Below, in pieces: positions 38,095 through 49,750 of a stretch of 64,000 nucleotides of DNA; the first letter of the stretch is position 1; every line of letters begins with the position of its first letter. The DNA is from Eutreptiella sp. 'Long Island Sound 2002' (taxonomy: Eukaryota > Protista > Euglenida): positions 31,558,001-31,622,000 of the forward strand of contig OZ038379.1 of the NCBI GenBank assembly GCA_964036045.1. Direction: 5' to 3'. The position numbers were made by a program, and so were the translations under genes. A model generated the notes under the pieces. That model did no database searches. It saw only the letters and a list, made by a program, of their open reading frames with translations, and was not told where the DNA came from.

Positions 38095-40760
38095 CTGCTT
38101 GAGGGGTGCCTGCCGGGGATGGCAGCCCCCACTGGCACAGGCCCACTAGCTGGGCGGGACAGGGAGCCCTGCCCATTCGGTGGTCGCTAGCTATGGAGCG
38201 ACTGCGCGGGATGGCAGCCTCCAATGGCACATGCCCATTGGCTGGGGGGACGGGGAGTCCGGGCCAATCAATTGTCGCTACCTTTGGAACGCCTGTGTGG
38301 GATGTCAACCCACAGTGGCAGAGGCCCACGGGCTAGGGGGACGGGGAGTCTTGCCCCGTCAGTTGAGCTGCTCTAGGGGTGCCTGTCTGGGATGGCGGCT
38401 GCCAACCGCGCGAGCCCACTCGCTACGGGGGACAGGGATTCCTGCCGAGTTGATGGTCGCCACCTATGGAGCGCCTGCGAGTGATGGCGGTCTCCAATGG
38501 CACAAGCCCACGGACTGGGGGGACAGGGACTCCTGCCCAGTCGGTGGTTGCTGCCTATGGAGCGCCTTTGGGGGATCTCAGCCCCCAACGGCGCGTGCCC
38601 ACTGGCGGGGGCGGGGGGGGGGGGGGGGGTCCTACCCAGTCGTAGGTCGTTGCCGCCTATGGGGCGCTTGCGGGGGATGGCGGCCCCCAACGGCGCGGAC
38701 CCATTGGCTTGGGGGACGGGGAGGCCTGCCCCGTCGGGTCGCTGCATATGGAGCGCCTCGGCGGGATGGCAACCCCAAACATCGCAGCCCCACGGGCTGG
38801 GTGGACGGGGAGTGCAGCCCAGTCTTTGGTCGCCGCCTATGGAAATCTTGCGTGGGATGTGAGCCCACAACGGCACGGGCCCACGGGCTACAGGGACAAG
38901 GAGTTCTGCCCAGTCAGTGGTCTCTGCTCAAGGGGTGCCTGTCGGGGATCGCAGCCCCCAATGGTGCGGGCCCTCAAGCTTGGGGGACGGCGAGTTCTGC
39001 CGATCTGCTGGTGCTTGCCTACGCACCGCCTGCGGGGGTTGGCAGCCCCCAGCTGTGGGGGCCCACCGGTTGGGGGGATGGGGAGTCCTACCCCGTCGGT
39101 GGTTGCTGCCTATGGAGGGCGTGCGGGGGATGGTAGCCCCTGATGGTGCGGGCCCACCGCTAGGGGGACAATGAGGCCTACCCAATCCGTGGTCGTTGCC
39201 TATGGAGGTTCTTTGGGGGACGGCAGCCCCCAACGTTGCACGCCCACAAGCTAGAGCGATGGCAAGTCGTGCCCAAAAGATCGTTGCTTCCTATGGAGCG
39301 CCTATGGGGGCTGGCAGCCCCCAACAGCGCAGGCCCACGGGCTGCAGGGATGGGGTGACGTGCCTTGTCGGTGGTCGTTGCCTATGGAGTGCCTGTGGGG
39401 TATGGCAGCCCCCAACAGCCCGGGCCCACTAGCGGGGGGGACGGGGAGTTGTGCGCAGCGGGTCACTGCGGCCTATGGAGCGCCTGCGGGGGCATGGGAG
39501 AACTGCCCGGTCGGTGGTCGCTGAGGATGGAGCGCGTGCGGGGGATGGCAGCCCCCAGCAGCGCGGGCCCACTAGCTGGGGCGACAGGGAATCGTGCCCA
39601 GACGCAAGTCGCGGAGGACCGCCTCCGGGGGACGGCAGCCTCCAACGGTGCGGGCCCATGGGTTGACGGGACGGTGAGTTTTGCTTAGTCGGTGGTCGCT
39701 GCTCAAGGAGCACCTGCGGGGGTTGGTAGCCCCTAGCGGCAGGGGCCCACTAGCTGGAGTGGCGGCGAGTCATGCCCGGTCGGTGGTCGCCGCCTATGGA
39801 GGCCTCCAGGGAATGGCAGCAGCCAATGGCGCGGGCACACGGGCTTGGGAAGACATGCAGTCCCGCTCAATTGGTGGTCGCTGCCTATGCAGCGCCTGCG
39901 TGGGATGGCAGCCCCCAACGACGCGGGCCCACGAGTTGGGGGGAAGGGGAGTCGTGCTTAGTCGGTGGTCGCTGCTCAAGGGGCACTTCCGGTGGCTAGC
40001 AGCCCCCAACGGCGGGGGCCCACTAGCTGGTGGGACGGTGTGTCGTTCCCGGTGGGTGGTCGCTACCTATGGAGCTCCTGTGGGGCATATCAAGCACCAA
40101 CTGGCGCGGGCCCACGTGGTGGGGGGACGGGGAGTCCTGCCCGGTCGGTGGCCGCCGCCTATGTAGTGCCTGCGTGGGAAGGGACCCCATAATGACGCAG
40201 GCCCATGGGTTGTGGGGGAGGGGACTCTTGCTTAGTTGATGGTTGCTGCTCAAGGAGCACCTGCGGGGGCTGGCAGCCCCAAATGGCGGGGGCCCACTAG
40301 CGGGGGGAGACGGTGATTCGTGCGCGGTCAGTGGTCGCCGCCTATGGAGCGCCTCCGGGGGATGGTAGCCCCCAATGGTGCGGGCCCATTAACTTGGGGG
40401 ACGTGGAGTCCTGGTTGCTCGATGGTCGCTGCCTTTGGAGCGCTTGCGTGGGATGGCAGCCTCCAATGACGCGGGCCCACGGGTTCGGGGGACGGGGAGT
40501 CCCGCTTTGTCGGCGGTCGCTGGTCAAGGAGCACTTACAGTGGTTGGCAGCCCCCAACATCGGTGGCCCACTAGATGGGGGGACGGCGAGACGTGTCCGC
40601 TCGGTGGCTCCGGGGCATAGCAGCCCCCACTGGCGCGGGCCCACGGGGTGGGGGGATGGGGAATTCGGCCCAAGTCGGTGGTCACTGCCTGTAGAGTGCT
40701 TGCGGGGTATGGCAGCCCCAATGGCGCAGGCCCCTCAATTGGGGGGATGGGGAGTTCTGG
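38095..40760 (+). repeat. ~90-bp GC-rich satellite, about 29 degenerate units
   Basis: CCTATGG(AGCG) recurs at 38463, 38554, 38656, 38745, 38836 and onward. Confidence 0.92.
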
Positions 40761-41079
40761 AGTTAGGAAGAAAGGAAGAAGAAGCTCGAACTTGGCTATC
40801 AAGAACAGCTTGTGAAGAGCCGGAAGGTAGAAGAGAGAACGATAAGGAAAGAGGAAAGGAAGCACATTATGGAATTCACGAAGTTCTAGTTGGGGGACAA
40901 AGGGACCCCTTTGAAGGCCGAGGCTTCTCAGCCCCCTGCTGGGGCTTCTGTTGCGGCGGAACTGCAAAGGCGAGCTCAGACCCGAAATAGACGAGGCTGA
41001 GTCTTTGGCCCATAAGAAAGCAAGGATCAGCCTCCATGGAAAATGACGCCAATGCAAAACTATTTCCTTTTTTTTGTAG

Positions 41080-43211
41080 GTGTTGCACTCTGCACATGAC
41101 TGCAATAAGATCTATGGGGGAACAAAGTGGGTGGAGAGTGAGTTGGTCATCGGGGGTGACCAACCCTTTGTGAGACGCCTTATGGGCGTCTCAAAATCGC
41201 TAATGGTGGGCTCTATTTACAATATGGGTGTGTGGGGCAAAGTTGCGGCGGCATGGGTGAAAGCGGGGGTCTGCCGTACATTCGAGGGGTAGGCGGTGGC
41301 CCGTTGCCGCTATCAGGAGACGGACCTCAGCTTGGAGAATGGGGGGTGCGTAGGGGACTCGCACATTGTGGTGGAGTGGTGCTTGGTCTTCCTATGCAAT
41401 CTCCATTGTTGCATGGCCATGGGCCGCCTCTAAGTGGCCTTCATTGAGGCCCGCCTAGGAGACTTTCCCAAGGACAACGCCGCGGCCGTGCAACGCGTGC
41501 TATACCGGGCACGCACGGCTGTCAGGTTGGGTGCCTTGCCTTCAACTGACGGAGAAGAGGCACGGGCGTTGTTCCTCGCATGGGGAAAAGCGGCCCACTA
41601 TTGGCCTATGCCCCGGTCGTCAGTCTTAGTTACTTTCTCTAGATTACTATTTTATTGTTCGATCGGCGGCACCAAAATTCAAAATAACAGCTAATATTGA
41701 TTTCGAAAAATTAACAACGAGATCACAAAAATTAATCATTTTACGTCCTACTTTTTCAACAAATCGTGGATGTCCTAGTGAACGCCGGGGATGCGCGCCC
41801 AGCGTGCATCTCGTGGCGCGACCGCGACTAGGTGCAGGAGCTGCCACTGGGCAGCCCGCAACGCTTGCTTGCGGCCGACCCCGCCTTGCGGTGGGCAATT
41901 CTAAGGGGATTGAGGGATCGGGAGCAAGGGAGTGTCTGCTCGGAGGTCTGGGTGGCCTCTAAGCATTACAAGGCTAGGGAGTGGTTCACAATTGGACATC
42001 TGGGGTACACAAGGGCGGAGGATGAGGGGCTGTGGGCAGGGATGGTGGGCGGTGATTGGGAAGGGGAGGGTGAGGAAGAGTTGAAGGAAGAGACCCCCCC
42101 CCCCCCCCCCTCCCCGACGCCAAACCAACACCCCCAAACCCTCAGCCACCAAAGTAGTGGCAAGAAAATCCCCAAAAGCATTTTGAGTCGGATGACTCAT
42201 CGGATGGAGCCATCCCCCCCCCCCCAAAAAAAAGAACCCCCCCCCCCCCAAGCTCCCCTCGGCCACAAAGGCCACCCCCACCCCCGAGACAAGTCCCCCC
42301 CCCCCTTGGGGGGGGAGGGGATGGTGCCAACGACCCCATCGTTGGCATCAAGGTCCACGTCCCGAACTCAAGGGGCGTGGAGTTGGGCACCGTGCGCGGT
42401 GTCCACTAGAAAAAGGCGGGCATTGTATGGGTGAAGTTCCCAGGCAACTCTCAGGTTCCCAAGCTCTCCGAGGTTGCTCGCAACCTCCTCTTCCCCTCCC
42501 CCGAGGCCGCCCATGAACACGTTGAGCGTGTTCGCAAGCCCAAGAAGGCCAGCCCCTCCCCCCATCCTTCGGGCTAGCCTCACCCGAAGACTAACCCCCC
42601 GACTGTCCCCAAGACTAACCCCTAGACTGACCCCAAGACTGACCCCCCGACTGACCCCAAACCAGAAAACAGCCCCAACCCTAACCCAACCCTAAACCTT
42701 ACCTAGCAATTGTGGGACCCCAAAGATGGGTCCCAAGAAGTGTGAGAACGCATCACACTCCAACAGGTGACACCACCTGTGGAGCAGTACAAAAACCGGC
42801 TATGATGGCCAGAAATGGTCCAGAGGTGGATAAAAAGGTATTTGTTGTCTTGTTGTGTATTTGTAGGGTTCTTTAGGGGGGATTAATTTTCGCATAAAAC
42901 AGTTGAGTTCTGCGAGGTTAATATTAACGTCGGCGACGCACTAATTTTTGACATTTTAAAAATTCATTGAAAAATTTAAACATAGAATTAAACCCTTGGA
43001 CCGTTTTAACATTGTTTTGGAAGGAAACCGGTGAGACCCCCACCCCCCAAAACCCGGATGAAACTGGCAGCCGGTCCCGTAAGGCACCCCACCGGGGGGC
43101 ACTTTTTCCCGTCTAGACCTGTCAACCCCCCCCAAAGGGGTCAAGTTTCAGTTTACGTATTAACTTTTGGCCAAAAATTAAAAATATTGGTTTTAACATA
43201 GGTTTCTAGGG
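41080..43211 (+). mobile_element. Divergent, internally deleted relative of the 46442-51842 transposon
   Basis: 41080-41600 reads LVIGGDQPFVRRLMGVS..RTFEG*..LCNLHCCMAMGRL*..DGEEA..F.AW. ORF2 homolog pieces lie at 41763-41930 and ~42320-42560. An AT-rich subterminal region ends in TTTCTAGGG at 43211 (candidate terminus). The 5' end was not found. Confidence 0.75.
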
Positions 43212-43214
43212 GGA

Positions 43215-45915
43215 TCGGCACCGGGCCTAGATGGTTTCGGACAAGACATCTATCACCACTTCCACCACGGCTTCTTCCCACGCATGATTCACATCATTCA
43301 AGACTTTGAGTCCACGGGTACACTCCCGGATCACTAGTCGGTGCAACTACCGAACCCCATCCCCAAGACAGCATGCATTCCCACCTCAGGGGACCTACGT
43401 CCGCTGGTCCTACAGAACTCGGCCCTCAAATGGGTCACGGCTACTGTACTGCTCCAATTAAAAGACCCCATTGTGTATTTGACGCCGCCAGAGCAGCGCT
43501 GCTTCGTCCCAGGTCTCAATCTCCACGGCCATTTATTCTTGTCGCACGCGATGTGGAGGGCTGTGAAAAGTGGCCTCTTTGTGCGCACGGACTTTGCCAA
43601 GGCTTTCGATTCTGTGTGTCATGTGTGTGCGTCGGCGTTTTTCCACAGGATGGGCCTCCCCGCCAGCCACACACACACAGGCTCCTCTTCCTTTTCCAGG
43701 CACCAGTGCGCCTCATCTTGCTGGTAGATATCTACCATGGCCACGACTACCGCCCTAAGTCAGGGCTTCGACAGGGTTGCCCCTTATCCCCGCTCTTCTT
43801 CTCCCTTCTCATATCACCACCCATCCAACAATTGCAAACAACAGCAATTCTAGTAAGGGTACTGGTGTATGCAGATGATGCGATGCTCATTTTTAACTGC
43901 TGCTCCCGCCGCGCACACAAGCAAACCCGGCGGTGCTTGCCGATTTTTCATCGGTTTGCGCCCTACACAGGGCTAAAAGCCAATTTTGACAAATTGCACC
44001 TCATCCCCAAGGGGGAATGGACCCCCGAGCAAAAGCAATTCCGAGCGCGCACGGGCATGAAAGTCAAAGATTCAGCCAAATATTTGGGGATGAAATTTGG
44101 GGAAGTCACCCCGCAACAAGCCTTTGCGCCTGCCATCCAAAAAGCCATGCTTCGAGCATTGGCAATGCACCACTAGGACATGACACTTGCGGAACAGCTT
44201 GCCCTCTTGGAGCTTTGGATTCGGCCCCTCATGTCCCTCCTTGCTAGAGTTGTTTTCCAGATAAGGCTGCGATTGCATCGCTGCAAAGCGTGTACCATAC
44301 GGTGTTGCGTATAACCCATCGCGGCATCACCATGTTCCATTCTGTCATAGGGCCGGGACGCACGTGGATTTTCATCGCTTAATGCGAAAGTAGTAGTCCG
44401 TAGTATTATAGTAGTAGTAATCCGTAAAAGTTCTTGCTCTTGCAGCACACATCTACATTTGTAAACCCCACACATGGGGACACGGCCCTCCCGACGGTAG
44501 TCACAGACTCTTTCACACAATGGGCCGCCAACTGGGGGGTACCACATGGCCCCTCTTACCTGCCCACCCTCTAATTGCGACAACTGCCCTACGCCACAAT
44601 GCCACTGCTGGCACTGTTGGCTAAGTCTTTTTCTCTGCTACTATCCACGTCCACCGTAAGGGTACCGCCAGTGCCCTCGCAAGAACCTCATTTGTGGCAC
44701 AATCGCCGCTTTGTGGACTACTGGGGACACATCATCTACCGTCCGGTATGGATCTCACAAGGTGTTCGCACATGGTCACAATTTACTCTTGCGCACATAC
44801 GCTCGCTGCCGCACACATACAGGTCCATTTATCGCCTAGCCTAGCCTAAGCTACGAAAATTGGCGCGTGCACCGACACAACGGCACCGACGGCCGTCCTT
44901 TTCCATTAAGTAGTTGTCACGCAGAGTAGCGACAAAGGTAGCGCCAGTTCAAGATGTTGACGCCGGTCTGGGCCCCACAGCTTGGCAACGGCTGCACACC
45001 TTACCCATCCCACACGCGCACAAACATGTCATTTGCGAGGCATTTTGGCACATGCTGCGCACGGGACATCGGCTGCGCCATTGGCTCCCACACCAACAGC
45101 TATGCCCCGTCCATGGTATGGATCACACACACGAGCATGCAATGATCACATGCACCAACCTAACAAAAATATCGCAACGCTTGGCCCCATGCATGCTGCC
45201 TTTCAAACTCAATGGAGTTTGTGTCCGCACGTTTCACTCGATGCCAATCGCGCATCTGGCGGACTCGCTTTCACGCATCCCGGGCCTAACCGCTTGATCG
45301 GCCATCATGGCCAGTTGGCAAACTGTCCATAACGTCGGGTCAACCCCGGCCCTGAATGCATGGCACACCTTTGTAAGGAACTGAAAAAGCCAATGCCCCG
45401 GCTGAGGCCGGGCGCCTTAGGCCGGGCGCCTTCAGAACTCCCTAAATTTCGAGCAATCTTTTCTTATCCCTCGGACACAAGAAGACGTTATAAATCAACT
45501 AGGGGATGCAGAGGACTGGCTAGACCTAGCTAGACGGCTCGATTTTGTTTCTCTGTCCGCCTTTGCACACTCCAATTCTTTTGACACGGTCTCAATGTCC
45601 TCTGTGGACGACCCCAACCCTGATGCACTGAGCTCCCCCGCGGGGATTGATTCCCCACAGTTGGATTCATTGGGTCTAAGTGAAATGCACAGCCCGCCGT
45701 ACCACTCACCCATGTTTAGGCTGGACTCCGACCTGGAGCCGGACCCACCCACCCGACGGGCACCCCCGTTAAGTGCATTGGGGCTAAAAGCCATGCTCAC
45801 ACCGCAATGTATTGCCTCCCCCAACCTCATCGGTGGATTCCGGCGTGCCCTGTCTAGATTTTCTGCAAACCTCATCACCGGGCTCCACTTGGTCCTGCTC
45901 CAGTCATGTGAGTGA
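43215..45915 (+). mobile_element. Degenerate non-LTR retrotransposon (L1/Tx1-like) ORF2: RT plus zf-RVT-like region
   Basis: PGLDG, DLRPLVLQN, DFAKAFDSV, GLRQGCPLSPLFF, LVYADD and AKYLG, then W..LHTLPIP...EAFWHMLRTGHRL...CPVHG..HTHEHAMITC. Many stops and frameshifts. Confidence 0.9.
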
Positions 45916-46544
45916 TAGATTGCGCAAGCGGCACTGTCAGAGTAAGCGGCGACGCGGTACCCCACTCCGTGGGGGAGAAATAGCACGGCGTCGATGTGCC
46001 TAGCGCAATCCACCACGGCCATCAGCGCTGTGCTATCGGTTAGAGGGTAGACTGGATTCCGGTCAAGCGAAATACACGCAAGAGACATCAACGGTCTAGT
46101 AGTATGTGCCATGGACCGGCAATCATCATCATCACGGCTTCGAACCCAGGTTCCCCCGCACGTCTAGGGGCCCTTTGCCAGCGACCCAGCCACTGCCCCC
46201 TTCAGCATCGAGCGCAACCATCCGTACCGCCGGTGGATGGGTGGCGTGTCTTGTCATCATACTCTTCTACATGTCTGATATATACTACTTTTTGTTTGTC
46301 TTGCACCAAAAACACACAATACCACACCTATAGCAGCGCGCTCCGCCGCCGGTACCACCGGCTGACGGCTACCGCGTCTCCTCCTCATACTCCTCTTCGG
46401 CTTGTGGGTTCAAACCGACGACTCCAAGTTGCCTAGCGGTGCCCTTGGTACACGCTAGAATACCCAATCTCGTTCTAGCCTAGAACCGGCTAGAGCGGCT
46501 AGAACGAAAAAAAGCTGCGGGGGGGGGGGGGGATGAGGTGTCTA

Positions 46545-47724
46545 GCTGGACCCCCCTATCCATCCTCGGGGGCCCATACTTTTTTTTCACAATTTCATTG
46601 TTTTCACCTGATTTTGGAGTCCAAAAAATTTTCGTTCTAGCGGCGTTCTAGCGACGCTCGCTAGAACGTCGCTAGAACGCCGCTAGAACGGTTCAATAGA
46701 ACACTGCTAGAACGATATATATGAATGCTCCGCCACTCCTCCAAGAGAAGCTGCCCCGGCTACCATAGCCAGCCGTGGCCAATCACAGGGTCCCGATGCT
46801 GGACCCGACTCATGGAGCGCCGGGTTCCCCCCCCCCCCCACCCCCCGGTTAGCCCGGTTAGCCCCCCACCGCACCCCATAGGTCACTTGGAAGGTCACTT
46901 GCGGGCCGGCGCCGGGTCACTTGGTGGGGGGTTAGCCCGATTAGCCCGGTTAGCCCGATTAGCCCCCCTGCCCCCCCAGGCCCCCATTCGCGAGTCGCGA
47001 CACGCAGGTTACCCCTCCTGCGTGGTGGGGGGTTGCCGGGGCTCATCCTTGCTCCCGGCACCCCCCTTCTCACCCCCCGTGTCCCCTTCCTTCTCACCCC
47101 CCTTGTCACCCCCCACCTCACCCCCCCTTGTCACCCCCCTCCCCCTTGTCACCACCCTCGCCCCCCTCGTCATCCCCGTCATCCCCGTTGTCCCCCTCGT
47201 CCCCGGCCCCCAAGGCCTCCCGGAGGTGGGCCTCCGCCTCCTCCCGGGTGCGGAAGAGAAGCTCTCCCGGCACCCGGAGGGTGCCCCCCTCTTTCTCCCG
47301 CTTCCTCTTCTTCCCCTTCTTCCCCTTCTTCCCCCCCTCCCCCTCCCCATTGGACCCCTGCGACACCACCCACCACTCCCCCGGGTCCAACTCCTCATTC
47401 CAATCCCCCAACACCGTCACTTGGCTGACGGTCCCCCCATTGCCCCCCTCCGCCCAAGGGACATACCGGGCGTCCCCCACACCCGGCACATTCCCATAGG
47501 GGTCCCGGCCCCTATCTTGCAAGGGGGGGGGCTTGGGGTTGGGGGGGGGGTGGCTTTGCCCTTGCCCTTGGCCTGGGGCTTGGCCTTGGCCTTGGGCTTG
47601 CCCTGCTGCCCTTGGGGGGGGGGCGCCTCTTCGTCGCTACTCTCGAAGTGGCGGGGTTTTTTCTTGGGGGCCTTGGGGGTGGGTTTGGGGGCCTTGGGGG
47701 GGGGTGTCCTCCCCCCGCTGCCGG

Positions 47725-47768
<44 letters not shown>

Positions 47769-49665
47769 TCCCCCGCCCGGTCCTACAACCTCCCCCAACC
47801 CTTGCGCTGCGGGTCCATGCCCCCCGCACTCCTGCCCGCTTCCCACCTACCCAAACCCTCCAGCACCGAGAGGGCCAATTTGGGGTCCGTCCCCATCATC
47901 CGGCCCAACTCGGTGACCCCCACGAGGCGCGTCCGCCCTCCGCCATCGCGCCACTCCACGTGCACCCCGCGGGGGTCGGCTCCACACGTCTGCACGCTGA
48001 CAACCTGAAGACACAAACAAAATGCAGGTGCGTTCTAGCGACGTTCTAGCGGCGGCAGCACGGCGGTGGCTAGATCAAGACTAGAACGGTTCGCTAGATC
48101 AACGCTAGAACGCTATCAACAAACCGTGCCTTGGCGGTCCAGGGTGGGGGAGATGGCCCCCAGGGCCTTGGCGAAGGCGTCCCGGGGGTTGGGGGGGTGC
48201 GGCTGCGGGGGGCCCCCAGCGGGGGTTGCGGCGGGCTTGGGCTTGGACTCGGGCCGGGAGGCGACGCCGTGCACCACCCCGGCATACGCCCCCCGGTTCA
48301 CCGCCTCGGGGTTGAAACCCCCGAAGTCCAGTAGCGCCGAGCAGGTCGGCGTCCAGAAGGCCTTCCCCACCCAATCAACCCCCCCCCCTCCAAGCCCAGC
48401 CCCTGCCAGCAGTGGGCGACGAATCGCCAGTGGGTGCCCCCCCCCTTTTTCCGCTCGGGGGTGAAGATGTTGGTTTGCGCCAACTCAAACATCTTCACCC
48501 CCATTTTTTTTGGGGGGGGGGGGGGGCAACTCCCCCCATCCCTTCCCCGGCCCCGGCAACTCACGTTGCCACCCCCACCACCCGTTGACCACCCCTAGGT
48601 GCAGGGGCTTGTCCAGGTGGACAACCCCCCCCTCGTCCACCCATACCCACCGCCCCGCCCCCAACAGCGGGTGGTGCACCCGCACCAACAAAAACCGGAG
48701 AGTAAATACCGGACTCTCCGGGGCGACGAGGAGGGGGGTGTCCAAGTTTGGGGGGTGGGGGCCAGCCAGGACAGCCGGGTCCCATGGCAGGTCCTGGAGG
48801 GCCCCCGCATCCCTCGACCCCATTATCCCCGTGAGCCACTGGCTCACCCCCCCCCCCCCCCGCCGGCGTCGCCACCACCACCTTCGCCTCCTCCTCCTCC
48901 TTCACGATCTCCTCCTCCATCTCCTCCGCCTCCACGTCCAACTCCACCACCTCGTCCACCTCCTCCTCCTCCACCCTCGCCACCACCGCCGCCAACTCCC
49001 TCTCGCTCCGCCGCACCGCGCGATTGAACCCCTCGATCGCCTCCTCCTTCTCCGCCACCTTCGCCTTCGCCTTGCGGAGGTTGGCCTCCGCCATGCGGAT
49101 CCTATCCGCATCCCCCCCGTCCCGGAGGCTGGCCAATTTGGTCTCCCATTGGGAGACCTTGGTCTCAGCCCTTCCCTTGGCCGCCTTGGAGGCTGCGAGG
49201 GAAGCCGAGAGCCCTTTGAGCTCCCCCCGCGCCTCCTTCACCTCCGGGTCCTCCGCGGGGACCGCTGCCGACCCCTGCTTCCTGGCGACCAAAGGGGGAG
49301 GGGGTGGCAATGGTGGATGTGGGGCTTGGGGCTGGGGCTTGGCCTTGGGCTTGGCGAGGGGGGGTGCCTTGCCCTTCGGGGCCTGCTCGGCCTTTGGCTC
49401 CGCCTCCTCGGCCGGAGCCTGCCGTGCCTCCCTCTGCGCCTCCAAGATCTGCGCAATCAGCGCCTGGGTCGCCGCAGTCTGTAGCAGACACAGGAGCGTT
49501 CTAGCGGCGTTCTAGGCAACTGTTGTAGCGGCGTTCTAGCGACAGTCTAGCGGCCGATCCTGCTGCCTAGATCAAGACTAGAACGATTTCCTGGATCACC
49601 GCTAGAACGCACAGCACGGCATATACTTGCTTCAGCAGCTCGTCCATCAACTCTTGCGATGCCAT
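46545..49665 (-). pseudogene. Transposon ORF2 (exons ~49665-49627, 49478-48125, 48004-46737, ~46607-46545): coiled coil, chromo-shadow-like and Tudor-like segments
   Basis: GT-AG phase-0 joins MASQELMDELLKQ|TAATQAL... and ...DRQGT|VVSVQTCG. Frameshifts fall in G/C homopolymers. Two segments are homologous to ORF remnants at 41763-42560. The last exon is tentative. Confidence 0.65.
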
Positions 49666-49750
49666 CTTGCGAAATAGTCTAGTTCAGGGAAGCCTGCATG
49701 TGGCCCTGGCCCCTCCTTACCTCCATGGCATCCCTGCCCGAGCATGGCAC

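Noticed and set aside
45495-46112. 205-aa minus-strand orphan ORF
   Set aside because: It overlaps an open plus-strand frame that plausibly continues the LINE ORF2, so it is probably an antisense shadow. No recognisable motif.
46136-46146. tRNA gene or tRNA-derived SINE (minus-strand GGTTCGAAGCC B-box)
   Set aside because: I could not build a convincing cloverleaf or acceptor stem around it.
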